Notes: generated from the letters alone by a model not told the origin. DNA of 64,000 nucleotides from Marinicella sp. (GCA_965230295.1 OZ246001.1:1952001-2016000); one strand, 5' to 3'; counted from the stretch's first letter, positions 1-10,681 are shown. Translations and numbers: made by a program.

Positions 1-1546
1 ATTCCAAGCCATGATTGACTTTTCTTTGTAGGCGTAGCAAGGGTCCCGGGTTCTTGGTACCAATGTCATCAGAACGCATGTGGGCCAAATGGGCCGGCAG
101 GATCAACTTGGATTCAACCAGTGAGAACAACAAGCACAAAATCACCACCCAGCCGATGGCTTCAAAAAACGAACCAAACAAGGTCCCAACAAACAACATC
201 GGTGCAAAAGCCGCTATGGTGGTCAACACGCCAAAGGTGGCTGGTGTGGCCACCCGTTGCGCGCCCACCACCACATTTTTCAATGAATGTCCATGATGCT
301 GGATTTCATAATAGGAGCTTTCGCCAATCACAATCGCATCATCAACCACGATACCCAAAACCATGATGAACCCAAACATACTCAACATGTTGATGCTGAT
401 GCCGGTCATGGGTAAAAACATGAATGCGCCCAAGAAGGCCACAGGCAATCCCAGCATCACCCAGAAAGCCACTTTCAGCCGCAAGAACAGCGTCAAAATC
501 AGCAGTACCAATACGGCACCTTGTAACATGTTGCGCTCCATCATGTCCAAGCGACCACGCACATAGTGGGAGGTGTCAGACCAGGTAGCCACCGACATGT
601 TGGGCGGCATTTTGTCTCGCATGCTGGCCACATAGGCTTTGACTTGATCAGAGATGATCAACACCGATTCATTTTCTACCGCGTTGACTTGGATGCTCAT
701 GGCCGGCTTGCCATCAAAGGTACCGATACCCCCGGTTTCAACAAAGCCATCTTTGATTTCAGCAAGGTCCGATAACAACAACCTTGAACCATCGGGGTTG
801 GTACGGATCACCGTTTGGGCAAACTCTTTGCCTGTATAGGATTGACCTACAGATCGCAACAGCACATCGCCCCGATCGGTTTTGATGGAGCCACCCGGCA
901 GATCGATGGAAGCCGCTCGCAATGCCGCTGCAATTTCATCAAAAGTGATTTGGTACTGGCGCAAGGTGTTTTCTTTGATTTCAATGGCTATCTCATAATC
1001 ACGACCACTGACCAAGGAGGCCATGGACACATCAGGTAAATCAATCAGGTCATCTCTGACATCGCGAGTGGCTTGCAGTAGATCATCTTCAGGCACATTG
1101 CCATAAACAGACAGGAACAGCACCGGTTGTTGGATCAAAATTTCACTGATGATGGGTTTTTCGGCTTCCTCGGGGAAGGAGTTGATGCCATCCACTCGGT
1201 TCTTGATTTCGGCCATGACATTTTTAACTTCATATTCACTGCCTATTTCAATGTTGGTTCTGGCAAAGCCTTCATTGGCCACACAGGTCGTTTTGTCTAT
1301 CCCTTCCAGTCCGGTAACGGCATCTTCGACTTTCACACAAATGCCTTTTTCCACTTCATCAGGTGCCGCGCCTGGATAGGTCATGCTGACCAGAACTTGA
1401 TTGACAGAGGTGGCTGGAAACATCTCTTTTTTTAAATTCCAGGCTGAATAAATCCCGCCAATCAGTAGTACCATCATCAATAAATTGGCCGCCACAGAGT
1501 TGCTGGCAAACCAATAGATGATCCCTTGATCCCATGACTTTTTCAT
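1..1546 (-). CDS. RND efflux permease (AcrB/AcrD/AcrF family), 5' part; runs off window start
   Basis: Manual translation from ATG 1546 gives MKKSWDQGIIYWFASNSVAANLLMMVLLIGGIYSAWNLKKEMFP, a typical RND N-terminus. ATGA overlap with the stop of the adaptor gene. Confidence 0.9.
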   Translation of the reverse strand, partial: MKKSWDQGIIYWFASNSVAANLLMMVLLIGGIYSAWNLKKEMFPATSVNQVLVSMTYPGAAPDEVEKGICVKVEDAVTGLEGIDKTTCVANEGFARTNIEIGSEYEVKNVMAEIKNRVDGINSFPEEAEKPIISEILIQQPVLFLSVYGNVPEDDLLQATRDVRDDLIDLPDVSMASLVSGRDYEIAIEIKENTLRQYQITFDEIAAALRAASIDLPGGSIKTDRGDVLLRSVGQSYTGKEFAQTVIRTNPDGSRLLLSDLAEIKDGFVETGGIGTFDGKPAMSIQVNAVENESVLIISDQVKAYVASMRDKMPPNMSVATWSDTSHYVRGRLDMMERNMLQGAVLVLLILTLFLRLKVAFWVMLGLPVAFLGAFMFLPMTGISINMLSMFGFIMVLGIVVDDAIVIGESSYYEIQHHGHSLKNVVVGAQRVATPATFGVLTTIAAFAPMLFVGTLFGSFFEAIGWVVILCLLFSLVESKLILPAHLAHMRSDDIGTKNPGPLLRLQRKVNHGLE

Positions 1547-2745
1547 TGTTCTGCCTCGGTGTTTTGAATCGAGGTTTGTTGATTGGATTCAGGTCCTGAC
1601 AAGCGCAACAGCATACCTATTTCAGGCGCTTGAATGGGCGTGGTGATGATTTGGTCACGGCTGTTAAGGCCTTGGTCAACATAAAAGAAATCATTGGTTT
1701 TGTGTGCCACATGCACTGATTTGATCGCCAATACGCCACCCTCTGCATAGACAGACAATTGATCATTGGGCATCATCCAAGCGGTGGGAATGGCATAGAC
1801 GCCTTGATATTCCATGCCCGTGATTTGGGCTTGTAGAAAGGTGTTGAATAACAGCTTATTGGCAAAAGGATCATCCACTTCAGCAACCGCATAATTCATC
1901 AGGGTGCGGCTGTCTTTACTGGATTCAAGGCGCTTGATCCACCCAGTGGTGACCTTTTGATCCTGATCATCATAAAAGGCCACTTGTAGGGGGCTTTGGT
2001 CCAAGGCCAAATCTTTGAGGTTTAATTTGGTGATGTCCTGGTTTGATAGTGGCAGCCTCACTTCCGCCACTTCGGTGCCAGCAATGTTGCCTAATTGCCC
2101 TGAGATTCCAACAAACTGGCCCAAGTCGATCGACTTGGTCAACACAGTCCCGGTAAAGGGGGCCTTGATTTCTGTTTTTTCTAAATCGCGTTTGGCCTTC
2201 ATCAGATCGGCTTTGGCAGCCCTTAAACTGGCTTTGGCGCCATCCAGTTGTGGGATGTTCAGCAGCAGGTCACTGGGTTTACCCGCTTTGCCAAAGGATT
2301 TCCAGTCTTTCAATGCCTGGTCAGATTTCGCTTGATCTAAATCCACTTGTGCCTGGGCACTGGCCAAATTGGCCTCAGCACGGGCCACAGCCACTTGATA
2401 ATCAGCCGGGTCAATTTGTACCAATAAGTCGCCTTGTTCAAAGGTGCCGCCAGCGGTAAAAGCCGGGCTCAATGACACCACTTTACCACTGATTTCAGCC
2501 AGTAAAGCTATTTGGCGTTTCGGCATCAAGATGCCTTGTGATTGAATTTGTAAAGTCAGGTCCGAGGGTGATACAGTGGTTGTTTCAACCAAAAAGCCCT
2601 TGGGTTTTTCCGGAATTTTCGCCGGCTCTGTTTTCATGCCCCCCATGATGTTTAATAGTACGATAACAACAATCAGTATCAATACAAAGGGCAGGAGTCG
2701 TTTTAACAGGGTCGGCTTGGGATGTTGGTGGCTGATTTTTTCCAT
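1543..2745 (-). CDS. RND efflux periplasmic adaptor (membrane fusion protein)
   Basis: N-terminal TM segment, lipoyl/hairpin motifs (AEISGKV...GDLLVQID; IKAPFTG), directly upstream of the RND permease. Confidence 0.92.
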   Translation of the reverse strand: MEKISHQHPKPTLLKRLLPFVLILIVVIVLLNIMGGMKTEPAKIPEKPKGFLVETTTVSPSDLTLQIQSQGILMPKRQIALLAEISGKVVSLSPAFTAGGTFEQGDLLVQIDPADYQVAVARAEANLASAQAQVDLDQAKSDQALKDWKSFGKAGKPSDLLLNIPQLDGAKASLRAAKADLMKAKRDLEKTEIKAPFTGTVLTKSIDLGQFVGISGQLGNIAGTEVAEVRLPLSNQDITKLNLKDLALDQSPLQVAFYDDQDQKVTTGWIKRLESSKDSRTLMNYAVAEVDDPFANKLLFNTFLQAQITGMEYQGVYAIPTAWMMPNDQLSVYAEGGVLAIKSVHVAHKTNDFFYVDQGLNSRDQIITTPIQAPEIGMLLRLSGPESNQQTSIQNTEAEQ

Positions 2746-2876
2746 GATTTTATCTGGTTTTATTGTAGATGTATTGTCTCAACAGCGGCCCCCTGATGCT
2801 GTACAGATCTTGTGATTCTAACGGTGTTATTTTAAGCGATTTCATACTTTGTAACCATAGATCATATGGCATGATG

Positions 2877-3311
2877 TTAAGCGGATAAATTCAATCCTGT
2901 CAGGTAACCTGAAAGTTGCTCTACATCAGCGGTTTCCAAGCTTAGCATGACATTTGTCGAAATTTGGTTAAGGGTGTTGCTGGCTTGCTGATAGGTTTTC
3001 AATCCACGGGCGGTTAATTTAACCAAGCTGACACGCGCATCTCTGGGGTTCACTTCTTTGCTGACCAAACCAATTTTTTCCATCGGGTTGAGCATTTTGG
3101 TGATGCCAGAAGCTGATCGGCACAACAGACTGGCCAAATCAATGCGTCGTTGCATCAGTTGCGGAGAGGCGTTCAAGTGGTGTAAGACCATGAACTCGGC
3201 AAGCCCAATCCCATGGACGGCGCCCAGGTTGGCATCCAGTTTTCTGTTGATGGCGGTGTTTTGGGTCCACATTTGGATCAGTGTCGTACTTTGTTGATTG
3301 ATGGTTGTCAT
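2877..3311 (-). CDS. MarR-family transcriptional regulator
   Basis: 144 aa winged HTH with MEKIGLVSKEVNPRDARVSLVKLTARG. Confidence 0.9.
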   Translation of the reverse strand: MTTINQQSTTLIQMWTQNTAINRKLDANLGAVHGIGLAEFMVLHHLNASPQLMQRRIDLASLLCRSASGITKMLNPMEKIGLVSKEVNPRDARVSLVKLTARGLKTYQQASNTLNQISTNVMLSLETADVEQLSGYLTGLNLSA

Positions 3312-3413
3312 TTATATTTCACAAGTATTTTACTGGTGCAGTATATGTGAAATAAACCATTTGTCAATGATAATTAGCTATGTGAGTTGTTGATCTGAGA
3401 TTTAGTTAGTATC

Positions 3414-3447
3414 GTCATCCCGGACTTGATCCGGGATCCAGTGTCTT
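3414..3447 (+). repeat. REP-like arm Y (left arm of the cargo-bearing X/Y element)
   Basis: GTCATCCCGGACTTGATCCGGGATCCAGTGTCTT; nearly identical to 14977-15011. Confidence 0.9.
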
Positions 3448-3557
3448 ACTGTTTTTGTCTGGTTTTTCATAATAACCAGACACATACATCTCATTAGTTA
3501 TAGTAAGATGTACAATTAATTTTAATATAAATGTTAATGCTTTATTAGTTTTTTCTT

Positions 3558-5106
3558 ATGGCCAAAATAAATTTAGATGCATTAATTCCGAGAGAAGATT
3601 TTGAAATAATCGGAAGCAGTACTAACTCAGCACAAATTGATAGACTTTCAGCAAATGATTTGTCTAATGAAATGATTTACCAATTGTTGCGAAAACCAGA
3701 TTTTCAAAGAGAAACAAATGAATGGGACGCCAAAAAAATTTATGAATTTATTGACAGTTTTCTAGAGGGTGATTTAATCCCGTCGATTATTTTATGGAGG
3801 AGTCAATCAGGATTAATTTTTGTTATTGACGGTGCCCATAGACTTAGTGCATTAATTTCATGGATAAATGATGATTATGGTGATGGAAAAATATCACAAA
3901 AATTTTATGAGAACAATATTACTGAAGATCAACTTGAAATAGCTGATAAAACAAGAAAACTAATAAACAAAAAGATTGGTTCGTACAGTGAGATTGCAAA
4001 TGCGCATATTAATGATAACTCAACACAAAGACATCTAAGCAGGGCAAAAAACATGGGTGTTATTGGCATTCAGGTTCAATGGGTTCCAGGAGATGCAACA
4101 AAGGCAGAGAATTCTTTTTTTAAGATTAACCAGAAAGCTTCAAAGATTGATCCAACAGAATTAAAACTTTTGGAGTCCAGAAAAAAGCCAAATTGTATTT
4201 CAGCAAGAGCAATTATACGAGCAGGTAAAGGACATAAATATTGGTCAAGTTTTAATGCAGAAAATCAAAACAGGGTTCAAGAGTTGGCAGAAGAAATTAA
4301 TACAATTTTCTTTACACCTCAACTAAGAACTCCAGTTAAGACGATGGACATTCCAATAGGTGGAAAAATATCTAGTTCTCAAACATTGCCATTGATCTTA
4401 GAATTTGTTAATCAAGTTAATAAAATACCAAATAATTTTAAAGAACATTTGGATGATGATATTTCTGGAAATGAAACTGTTAAATGTTTAATCAACGCAA
4501 GAAAAATTGCATGGCGAATTAATAGTGTTCATGCTTCATCATTGGGTTTACACCCGTTAATATATTTCTATTCTAAGGAAGGAAAATATAAAACAGCTTC
4601 ATTTTATTCAATTAACAAATTTATACTTGATTTAATTGATAGAAACAAACTGAATGAATTTATTTCTGCAAGAGAAGAATTCGAAAAATTAATCATAGAA
4701 TATGACTATTTGCCAATACAAATAAATAGAAAGTTTAGATCAGCTATTAAAGGGCTGCCTTATGTATCAGATTTCTATTTGACAGCTATGAAATTGATAA
4801 ATGATGGTCTAAATTATAAAGAGGCTATCAGACATATTATCAAGTTACATGAATATGATTATCTTGTTTTACAAGAAGAGAAGAATGAACAAGATTTTTA
4901 CAGGCGAAATTTTGACAAACTCAAAGTCAGCTGTTTTTATCGAAGAAGCATTAAAGACTGGAATAAAATGTAAGATCTGTAATGGATTTATTCATCAAAA
5001 CTCTATGACTACTGATCATATAATTCGTAAAGAAGATGGTGGACTTGGAAGCCCAAATAATGGACAGTTATCACATCCCTATTGTAATACAACATATAAA
5101 AACTAG
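3558..5106 (+). pseudogene. DUF262 (ParB-like, GmrSD-type) + HNH endonuclease, split by a frameshift near 4893-4921 (ORFs 3558-4973 and 4849-5106)
   Basis: DUF262 motifs PDFQR, IDGAHRL and FFKIN in the first ORF. CKIC...DHIIRKEDGG...NGQLSHPYCN (HNH) lies in the overlapping +1 frame. Visibly AT-rich relative to the flanks. Confidence 0.8.
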
Positions 5107-5172
5107 TAATCTAACTAAAGTATTTAGAAGCCTAAATTTCAAAATTCATGGAAAAAGAATTGTGTTGTCTCA

Positions 5173-5205
5173 AAGACACTGGATACCAGCCTTCGCCGGT
5201 ATGAC
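5173..5205 (-). repeat. REP-like arm X (right arm of the cargo-bearing X/Y element)
   Basis: AAGACACTGGATACCAGCCTTCGCCGGTATGAC; nearly identical to 15036-15068. Confidence 0.9.
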
Positions 5206-5213
5206 AGAGCAAA

Positions 5214-6017
5214 TTATCGGTATTGATTCACCAGATTCTTCAAATCAACACAAGCCTGTTCAGCGGCTTGGGCGTAATTCTCTTGGTTGTCGCCGGCATA
5301 AATGATGCCGCGTGATGAAGAAATGATCAGGCCTTTGCGATCTTGTCGCAGTCCGGCTTTTAAGGTGGCTTCAACATCACCACCTTGGGCGCCGATGCCC
5401 GGAATCAACAAAGGCATGTTGCCAACCAATTGCCTGATTTGCGCCAGTTCTGATGGGTAAGTGGCACCCACCACCAACAGTAAATTGTGGTTGCTGTTCC
5501 AATCGCTGCTGGCTTTTTGTGCCACCGCCTGGAACAAGGAACCACCATTGGCCAATGTCAGGTTTTGTAATTCACCTGATCCTGCATTGGAGGTTTTACA
5601 CAGCACCACCACACCTTTGTCAGCGAACTTCGAATAAGGCTCGATGGTGTCACCACCCATATAGGGGTTAACCGTCACGGCATCAGCCTGGTAACGATCA
5701 AAAGCTTCTGCTGCATATTGTTCGGCGGTACTGCCAATGTCGCCACGTTTCGCATCCAGAATCACCGGAACCGCAGGGTATTGATCATGGATATAGCTTA
5801 TGATGTCAGTCAATTCCTGTTCAGCGCCCATGGCAGCAAAATAGGCAATTTGTGGTTTGAAGGCACACACATGGTTGGCGGTGGCATCAACGATGCCTTT
5901 CAACCAGGTCAATAAATTCAGATCCAAAGCAGCGATTTTTTCTGGATTGGGATCCAGGCCCACACAGACCAGTGAGTTGTTGTTCTCTTGTGCTAGTTCT
6001 AATTGCTCGATAAACAT
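5214..6017 (-). CDS. pyrF: Orotidine-5'-phosphate decarboxylase (subfamily 2)
   Basis: VCVGLDP, FKPQIAYF, LDAKRGDIGST, PGIGAQGG, SSRGI motifs. Confidence 0.97.
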   Translation of the reverse strand: MFIEQLELAQENNNSLVCVGLDPNPEKIAALDLNLLTWLKGIVDATANHVCAFKPQIAYFAAMGAEQELTDIISYIHDQYPAVPVILDAKRGDIGSTAEQYAAEAFDRYQADAVTVNPYMGGDTIEPYSKFADKGVVVLCKTSNAGSGELQNLTLANGGSLFQAVAQKASSDWNSNHNLLLVVGATYPSELAQIRQLVGNMPLLIPGIGAQGGDVEATLKAGLRQDRKGLIISSSRGIIYAGDNQENYAQAAEQACVDLKNLVNQYR

Positions 6018-6089
6018 GGACTTGAAAATAAAAAGAATGCGTCTATTTTACAGTAAGGGAACTTTGTTTGAGTCAGTGAATCAGAACAG

Positions 6090-7433
6090 ATGATGAAAAA
6101 AACAGCATTTATATTCTTAATGGCCATGCTCGGTACAGCACAGGCTACCTTACCAGCAGCGGTCAATGGTCAAAAGGTACCATCTTTGGCACCCATTTTG
6201 GAACAGGTGACGCCAGCAGTGGTTAACATCAACACCCAATCAGTACAGTATGTGCGTTCGCGTAACAGTGATTTTTACAATTGGTTTTATGGTTTACCGA
6301 ACACACCTCGGGAACGGGTAACCCAGTCACTGGGTTCCGGTGTGATCGTTGATGCCATCAAGGGTTACATCCTCACCAACCACCATGTGGTCAATGAAGC
6401 CGATGACATTTCGGTGGTGTTGCATGATGGCAGGACTTACAGCGCGACCCTGATCGGTTCCGATGATGGCACCGATGTGGCAGTGATTCAAATTGAAGCA
6501 GACAACTTAACGGCTTTGCCCTTGGCAGATTCCGAACAATTGCGGGTTGGTGATTTTGTCGTGGCCGTTGGTAATCCCTTTGGTTTGGGGCAAACTGTCA
6601 CCTCAGGCATCATCAGTGCCCTGGGCCGAACCAGCCTGAGTGGTTTGGGGTATCAGAACTTCATTCAAACTGACGCCTCCATCAATCCAGGCAACTCAGG
6701 CGGTGCCTTGATTGATTTGAACGGTTCATTGGTGGGTATCAACACGGCCATTTTTTCACCCTCCGGTGGCAACGTGGGTATAGGTTTTGCCATTCCGTCA
6801 TCTTTGGCACAGCGGATGATGCGTCAATTGGTTGAATATGGCACGGTGCGCCGTGGCTCGTTGGGCATGGGTGTCCAAGACATCACTGAACGTCTGGCCA
6901 GGGCTTTTGATGTGGGGCAGAAACAAGGGGTTTTGGTGACCTCAGTCGACCCGGATTCGCCGGCCGATCGGGCTGGTTTGAAAGTGGGTGACATCATCAC
7001 CGAACTCAATGGTGACCGGATCAGCAGTCAAAAGCAATTTCAGAATTACGAGGGTTTGATTGAGTTGGACAGTCAGGTCAATATTGACTATTTACGCAAT
7101 GACCGTTCAAGACAAGTCAAGACCTTGATCACCGAAGCCGATCGCAATGAAATCAAGGGCAATGAGTTGCACCCATTGCTCAAGGGCACCTTGCTCAGTA
7201 ACTTACCGGTGCAATACCGAGATCGCTTTCAAGGTGTTTTGATCGAAGAAATCGAAAGGGGCTCGTCAGCTTGGGAATTGGGCTTGCGGGCTGGAGATTT
7301 GATCACCGCAGTCAACAAAGCTGAGATCAACAGCCTGAAGCAACTGACCCAAGGTGTCGAGCGGTCAAGAAAAGAACCTTTGTTGAACATATATCGAAAT
7401 GGTCGCAACTATTTGTTACCATTGGAAGACTGA
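6090..7433 (+). CDS. degQ: DegQ/DegP (HtrA) serine protease with two PDZ domains
   Basis: Signal peptide, LGSGVI, TNHHVV, QTDASINPGNSGG, PDZ domains. Confidence 0.9.
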   Translation: MMKKTAFIFLMAMLGTAQATLPAAVNGQKVPSLAPILEQVTPAVVNINTQSVQYVRSRNSDFYNWFYGLPNTPRERVTQSLGSGVIVDAIKGYILTNHHVVNEADDISVVLHDGRTYSATLIGSDDGTDVAVIQIEADNLTALPLADSEQLRVGDFVVAVGNPFGLGQTVTSGIISALGRTSLSGLGYQNFIQTDASINPGNSGGALIDLNGSLVGINTAIFSPSGGNVGIGFAIPSSLAQRMMRQLVEYGTVRRGSLGMGVQDITERLARAFDVGQKQGVLVTSVDPDSPADRAGLKVGDIITELNGDRISSQKQFQNYEGLIELDSQVNIDYLRNDRSRQVKTLITEADRNEIKGNELHPLLKGTLLSNLPVQYRDRFQGVLIEEIERGSSAWELGLRAGDLITAVNKAEINSLKQLTQGVERSRKEPLLNIYRNGRNYLLPLED

Positions 7434-7828
7434 TGCCAGGCGTGGAAGACCTCAATAAGCTATTAAGCCACATGGAGCCCCGTTGTATCGATGGTGAGTT
7501 CGTCTTTTGTTCGGTTGCCGGGCCAGTTTCGGACTATTTGGATTTAGTACCTTTGGCCACCTGCCAGGAGCAAGAAGGCTTGACTTTGGTGTTGCCTCGT
7601 GATCAGGCTGATCAAGCAGGTTTATCGTATGCCGGCGTTTTCAAACAAATCACCCTGTCTGTTCATTCATCACTGCACGCAGTGGGGTTGACGGCTGCGG
7701 TTGCCACACAACTGGCAACAAAAGGCATCAGTGCCAATGTGATCGCGGCTTATTACCATGATCACATTTTTGTACCTGCTGATAAAGCCAACGAAGCCTA
7801 TTTGGCATTACAAGCATTATCAGATTGA
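7433..7828 (+). CDS. ACT domain protein (DUF2241-type)
   Basis: EQEGLTLV, ITLSVHSSLHAVGLTA, ISANVIAAYYHDHIFV. Confidence 0.85.
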   Translation: MPGVEDLNKLLSHMEPRCIDGEFVFCSVAGPVSDYLDLVPLATCQEQEGLTLVLPRDQADQAGLSYAGVFKQITLSVHSSLHAVGLTAAVATQLATKGISANVIAAYYHDHIFVPADKANEAYLALQALSD

Positions 7829-7831
7829 TTT

Positions 7832-9901
7832 TCACTGTTGACGGAATTCTGCTGCTTTGCTAGCCAGATCATTAACCACTTGTGATGGCGCATTTCCAGC
7901 AGCAATCAAATCGGTGTTTTCATACGGATCGATGGTTAAATCATATAACTCTTGTTCACCAGTTTCAGATTCGAATAACTTGTAAGATCCATCAGAGATG
8001 ACCCATTCTTCGGTGTTGTTGGTCTTGCGTTCGGAGAATTGGAATTGACGGGTACTGGCGGATTCATTCAACAACGGTATAAAAGATGTGCTGTCATTGA
8101 TCTGGTCAACGTTTACCCCTGCCAATGCTGCAAGGGTGCTGAATAAATCAGTGGTGTTCAGCAGGGCGTTTTCGCGTTCACCCATGCGGCCCACACCAGG
8201 ACCAGAAATCATAAAGGGTATGTTGATTCCGCCTTGGTTCAATGACCCTTTCACTTGCCCCCTTTGGTAAGGTGATTGAGCCACTTCACTGGGTGTTCCA
8301 TTGTCTCCGATAAACACCACAATGGTATTTTCAAAGCTGCTTGGGTCCAATGAATCCAAAAGCCGGCCAATTTCAGTGTCCATCGCTTCAATGGCAGCAA
8401 AATAGTAGGGCATGGGGTTGGCGTCAATGTCTGCTGTTGTGCCAGACAGTTGGCGGTTGTGTAAGTGTTCCGGCGGCAAGTGAAAAGGCGTATGTGGTGC
8501 ATTGAAAGCCAACCACAAAAACCATGGTTGGTTTTGCTCATTGGTCCAATCGATGGCCAAATCGACTAATTTTGAAGTGACGTATTCGGTTTGGGCTGTT
8601 TGGGTGCCATTGGTGGTCAAGTCCCAATCGAAATAACTCGGGACACCGCCAGATATAATTCCTGCATAGTGGCTGATACCAAGTTTGGCAGGGTGGTTTA
8701 AATCATTGTTTCCAGGGCCTACATGCCATTTGCCGATGATGGCATCTGAATACCTATTGGGTAGGAGTTGATGGATGTATGATTGTAAGGAAGTCTCATC
8801 TTCAGACAGCACGTTACCGGGAAAGAAAACCCCAGTCCTGTTGCTGTATTTGCCTGTTAAGATGCCTGCTCGTGTCGGGCTGCAAGTTGGGCTGGACCAA
8901 GCATTCTCAAACACCAGACCACTGTTGGCCAGACCATCAAGAGTGGGCGTGCTGGGTTGTTGCGCAGAGATGTTGTACAGCGAAGATGCATCTTTTCCCA
9001 AATCATCGGCAATCAACAACAATATATTCGGGGCAGGGGCTTCATCACAAAGCGGATTGCCCACACGGGTTAAACGCGTTAGGGTCTGTTTACCTTGTCC
9101 AAACCCAGTGAGTTGTGATTGGTAATCCAGTTTACCGTATTCACACCCCAGTTCGATTTGTATGTTGCCCCATGGTTGTACCTGGACATCTTGGGGATCA
9201 AAATCTGCACCAAAACGTCCCCCGCTGGTGACATACACATCTGTTATGTCGATGGCTTGGCCATTTTGCTCACCAGAACCAAAAAACCAGGCCTGATCGC
9301 CATTGACATCATAGCTGAACCAATAAACCAGGACTCGATCATCTATCAGTTTCTCGATCACCAACCCTTCGCCGTTGTGTGTTTGATCAAACCAAGATCC
9401 TGTAACTGCTGATGATGTAGCCGATGGGTTGGTACAGTCCAAGCCTGCAAGCGTGGTGATGCGGGTCAGGGCTTGGCTGCCCTGGATGCCATCAATGGTA
9501 TATGTTGCATTGGCTGAGAAACAATCAAACCAATTGATGGTCAAAGAACCGGATGACGACACCTCTACATCTTCAGAATTGAATTGATCGCCAAACGCTG
9601 CACCTCTTGCCAACAGTACCTCGTTGAATACAATCGAATCCTCTATCACTGTACCCACAGCAAAAAACCAACGCTGTGCCCCTGATTCATCATAGGTAAA
9701 CCAATAGGCTAATGCCGTATCATCTTGCAAAACTTGAAGCACAAACCCCTCACCGTTGTGGCTGGCGTCATACCAAGATCCGCTCATGTTGGCGTCGACT
9801 ACAACCTGCTCTTGTGCAAAAACATGGAAGCAGCAGGTCAACATGTATGAGTAAATCCAAATTTTTTTTAGAATCACTTTATTCATTAGGTAAGAATTCA
9901 T
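7832..9901 (-). CDS. Secreted sulfatase with two tandem N-terminal GSWYD..GEG domains
   Basis: PNILLLIADDLG, CSPTR formylglycine motif, GKWH, GDNG. Exact start codon uncertain. Confidence 0.9.
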   Translation of the reverse strand: MNSYLMNKVILKKIWIYSYMLTCCFHVFAQEQVVVDANMSGSWYDASHNGEGFVLQVLQDDTALAYWFTYDESGAQRWFFAVGTVIEDSIVFNEVLLARGAAFGDQFNSEDVEVSSSGSLTINWFDCFSANATYTIDGIQGSQALTRITTLAGLDCTNPSATSSAVTGSWFDQTHNGEGLVIEKLIDDRVLVYWFSYDVNGDQAWFFGSGEQNGQAIDITDVYVTSGGRFGADFDPQDVQVQPWGNIQIELGCEYGKLDYQSQLTGFGQGKQTLTRLTRVGNPLCDEAPAPNILLLIADDLGKDASSLYNISAQQPSTPTLDGLANSGLVFENAWSSPTCSPTRAGILTGKYSNRTGVFFPGNVLSEDETSLQSYIHQLLPNRYSDAIIGKWHVGPGNNDLNHPAKLGISHYAGIISGGVPSYFDWDLTTNGTQTAQTEYVTSKLVDLAIDWTNEQNQPWFLWLAFNAPHTPFHLPPEHLHNRQLSGTTADIDANPMPYYFAAIEAMDTEIGRLLDSLDPSSFENTIVVFIGDNGTPSEVAQSPYQRGQVKGSLNQGGINIPFMISGPGVGRMGERENALLNTTDLFSTLAALAGVNVDQINDSTSFIPLLNESASTRQFQFSERKTNNTEEWVISDGSYKLFESETGEQELYDLTIDPYENTDLIAAGNAPSQVVNDLASKAAEFRQQ

Positions 9902-10087
9902 GATTAATCATACCGTATTTTTAACGGGTCATGGTATTCCAACGCTGGGGTCGGAAATGCGTTGACACAGAAATAAAAAATTTCATTTGAGGGCCCAATG
10001 CCGCCTATTTCACTGATGTTATTTACTGTCGAAAAATAAGCTGTTGTTGCTGTCAATTGACCCATTGGACAGGGAACATGAAGAATG

Positions 10088-10236
10088 AAGGAATGTTCTT
10101 GGGGCTTCATTCACTTTTGTTCCAGACAAAAGTGAAAACGACCACGGCGAACATGACTTGCTACCTCGCGCTCTTCGCCTCTGATTCGCATTGCTCACCA
10201 ACCGGCTCGGCGGGTCAAGCTGCTCAGCAGCTTTCC
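10088..10236. repeat. Modular MITE-like repeat, copy A (minimal 149-nt form)
   Basis: AAGGAATGTTCTTGGGGC...AAGCTGCTCAGCAGCTTTCC, homologous to copies at 11549, 38466, 46272 and (inverted) 61304-61718. Confidence 0.92.
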
Positions 10237-10288
10237 CCCGCTGAATCAGTTATAATCATTTCTGTTGAGCACAAAACATTTAATCAAT

Positions 10289-10681
10289 ATGAAAGAAGAC
10301 CTCAAAGCAGAACTCAAAGATAAACTGGATCCGGTCAGTTATGAAGTGATAGTGAACAAAGCCACAGAGCGACCTCACACGGGCGAATACAACCTCAATT
10401 ATCAAGACGGCCAATACACCTGTAAAGCCTGCGGGGAGGTGTTGTTTGACAGTTCGTCGAAATTTGATGCGGGTTGTGGCTGGCCCAGTTTTGATCAAGA
10501 AATAGAAGCCGGTAAAATCAAAGAAGTGTTTGATGAATCTCACGGCATGCGCCGCACAGAAATTGTTTGTGCCAACTGCGAAGGCCATTTAGGACATGTG
10601 TTCAATGATGGCCCAACAGAAACGGGCCTGCGCTATTGTGTGAATTCCGTTTCGCTGGATTTTGCAGCCAGCGAATCATGA
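10289..10681 (+). CDS. msrB: Peptide-methionine (R)-S-oxide reductase
   Basis: [38 protein letters not shown]. Confidence 0.97.
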   Translation: MKEDLKAELKDKLDPVSYEVIVNKATERPHTGEYNLNYQDGQYTCKACGEVLFDSSSKFDAGCGWPSFDQEIEAGKIKEVFDESHGMRRTEIVCANCEGHLGHVFNDGPTETGLRYCVNSVSLDFAASES

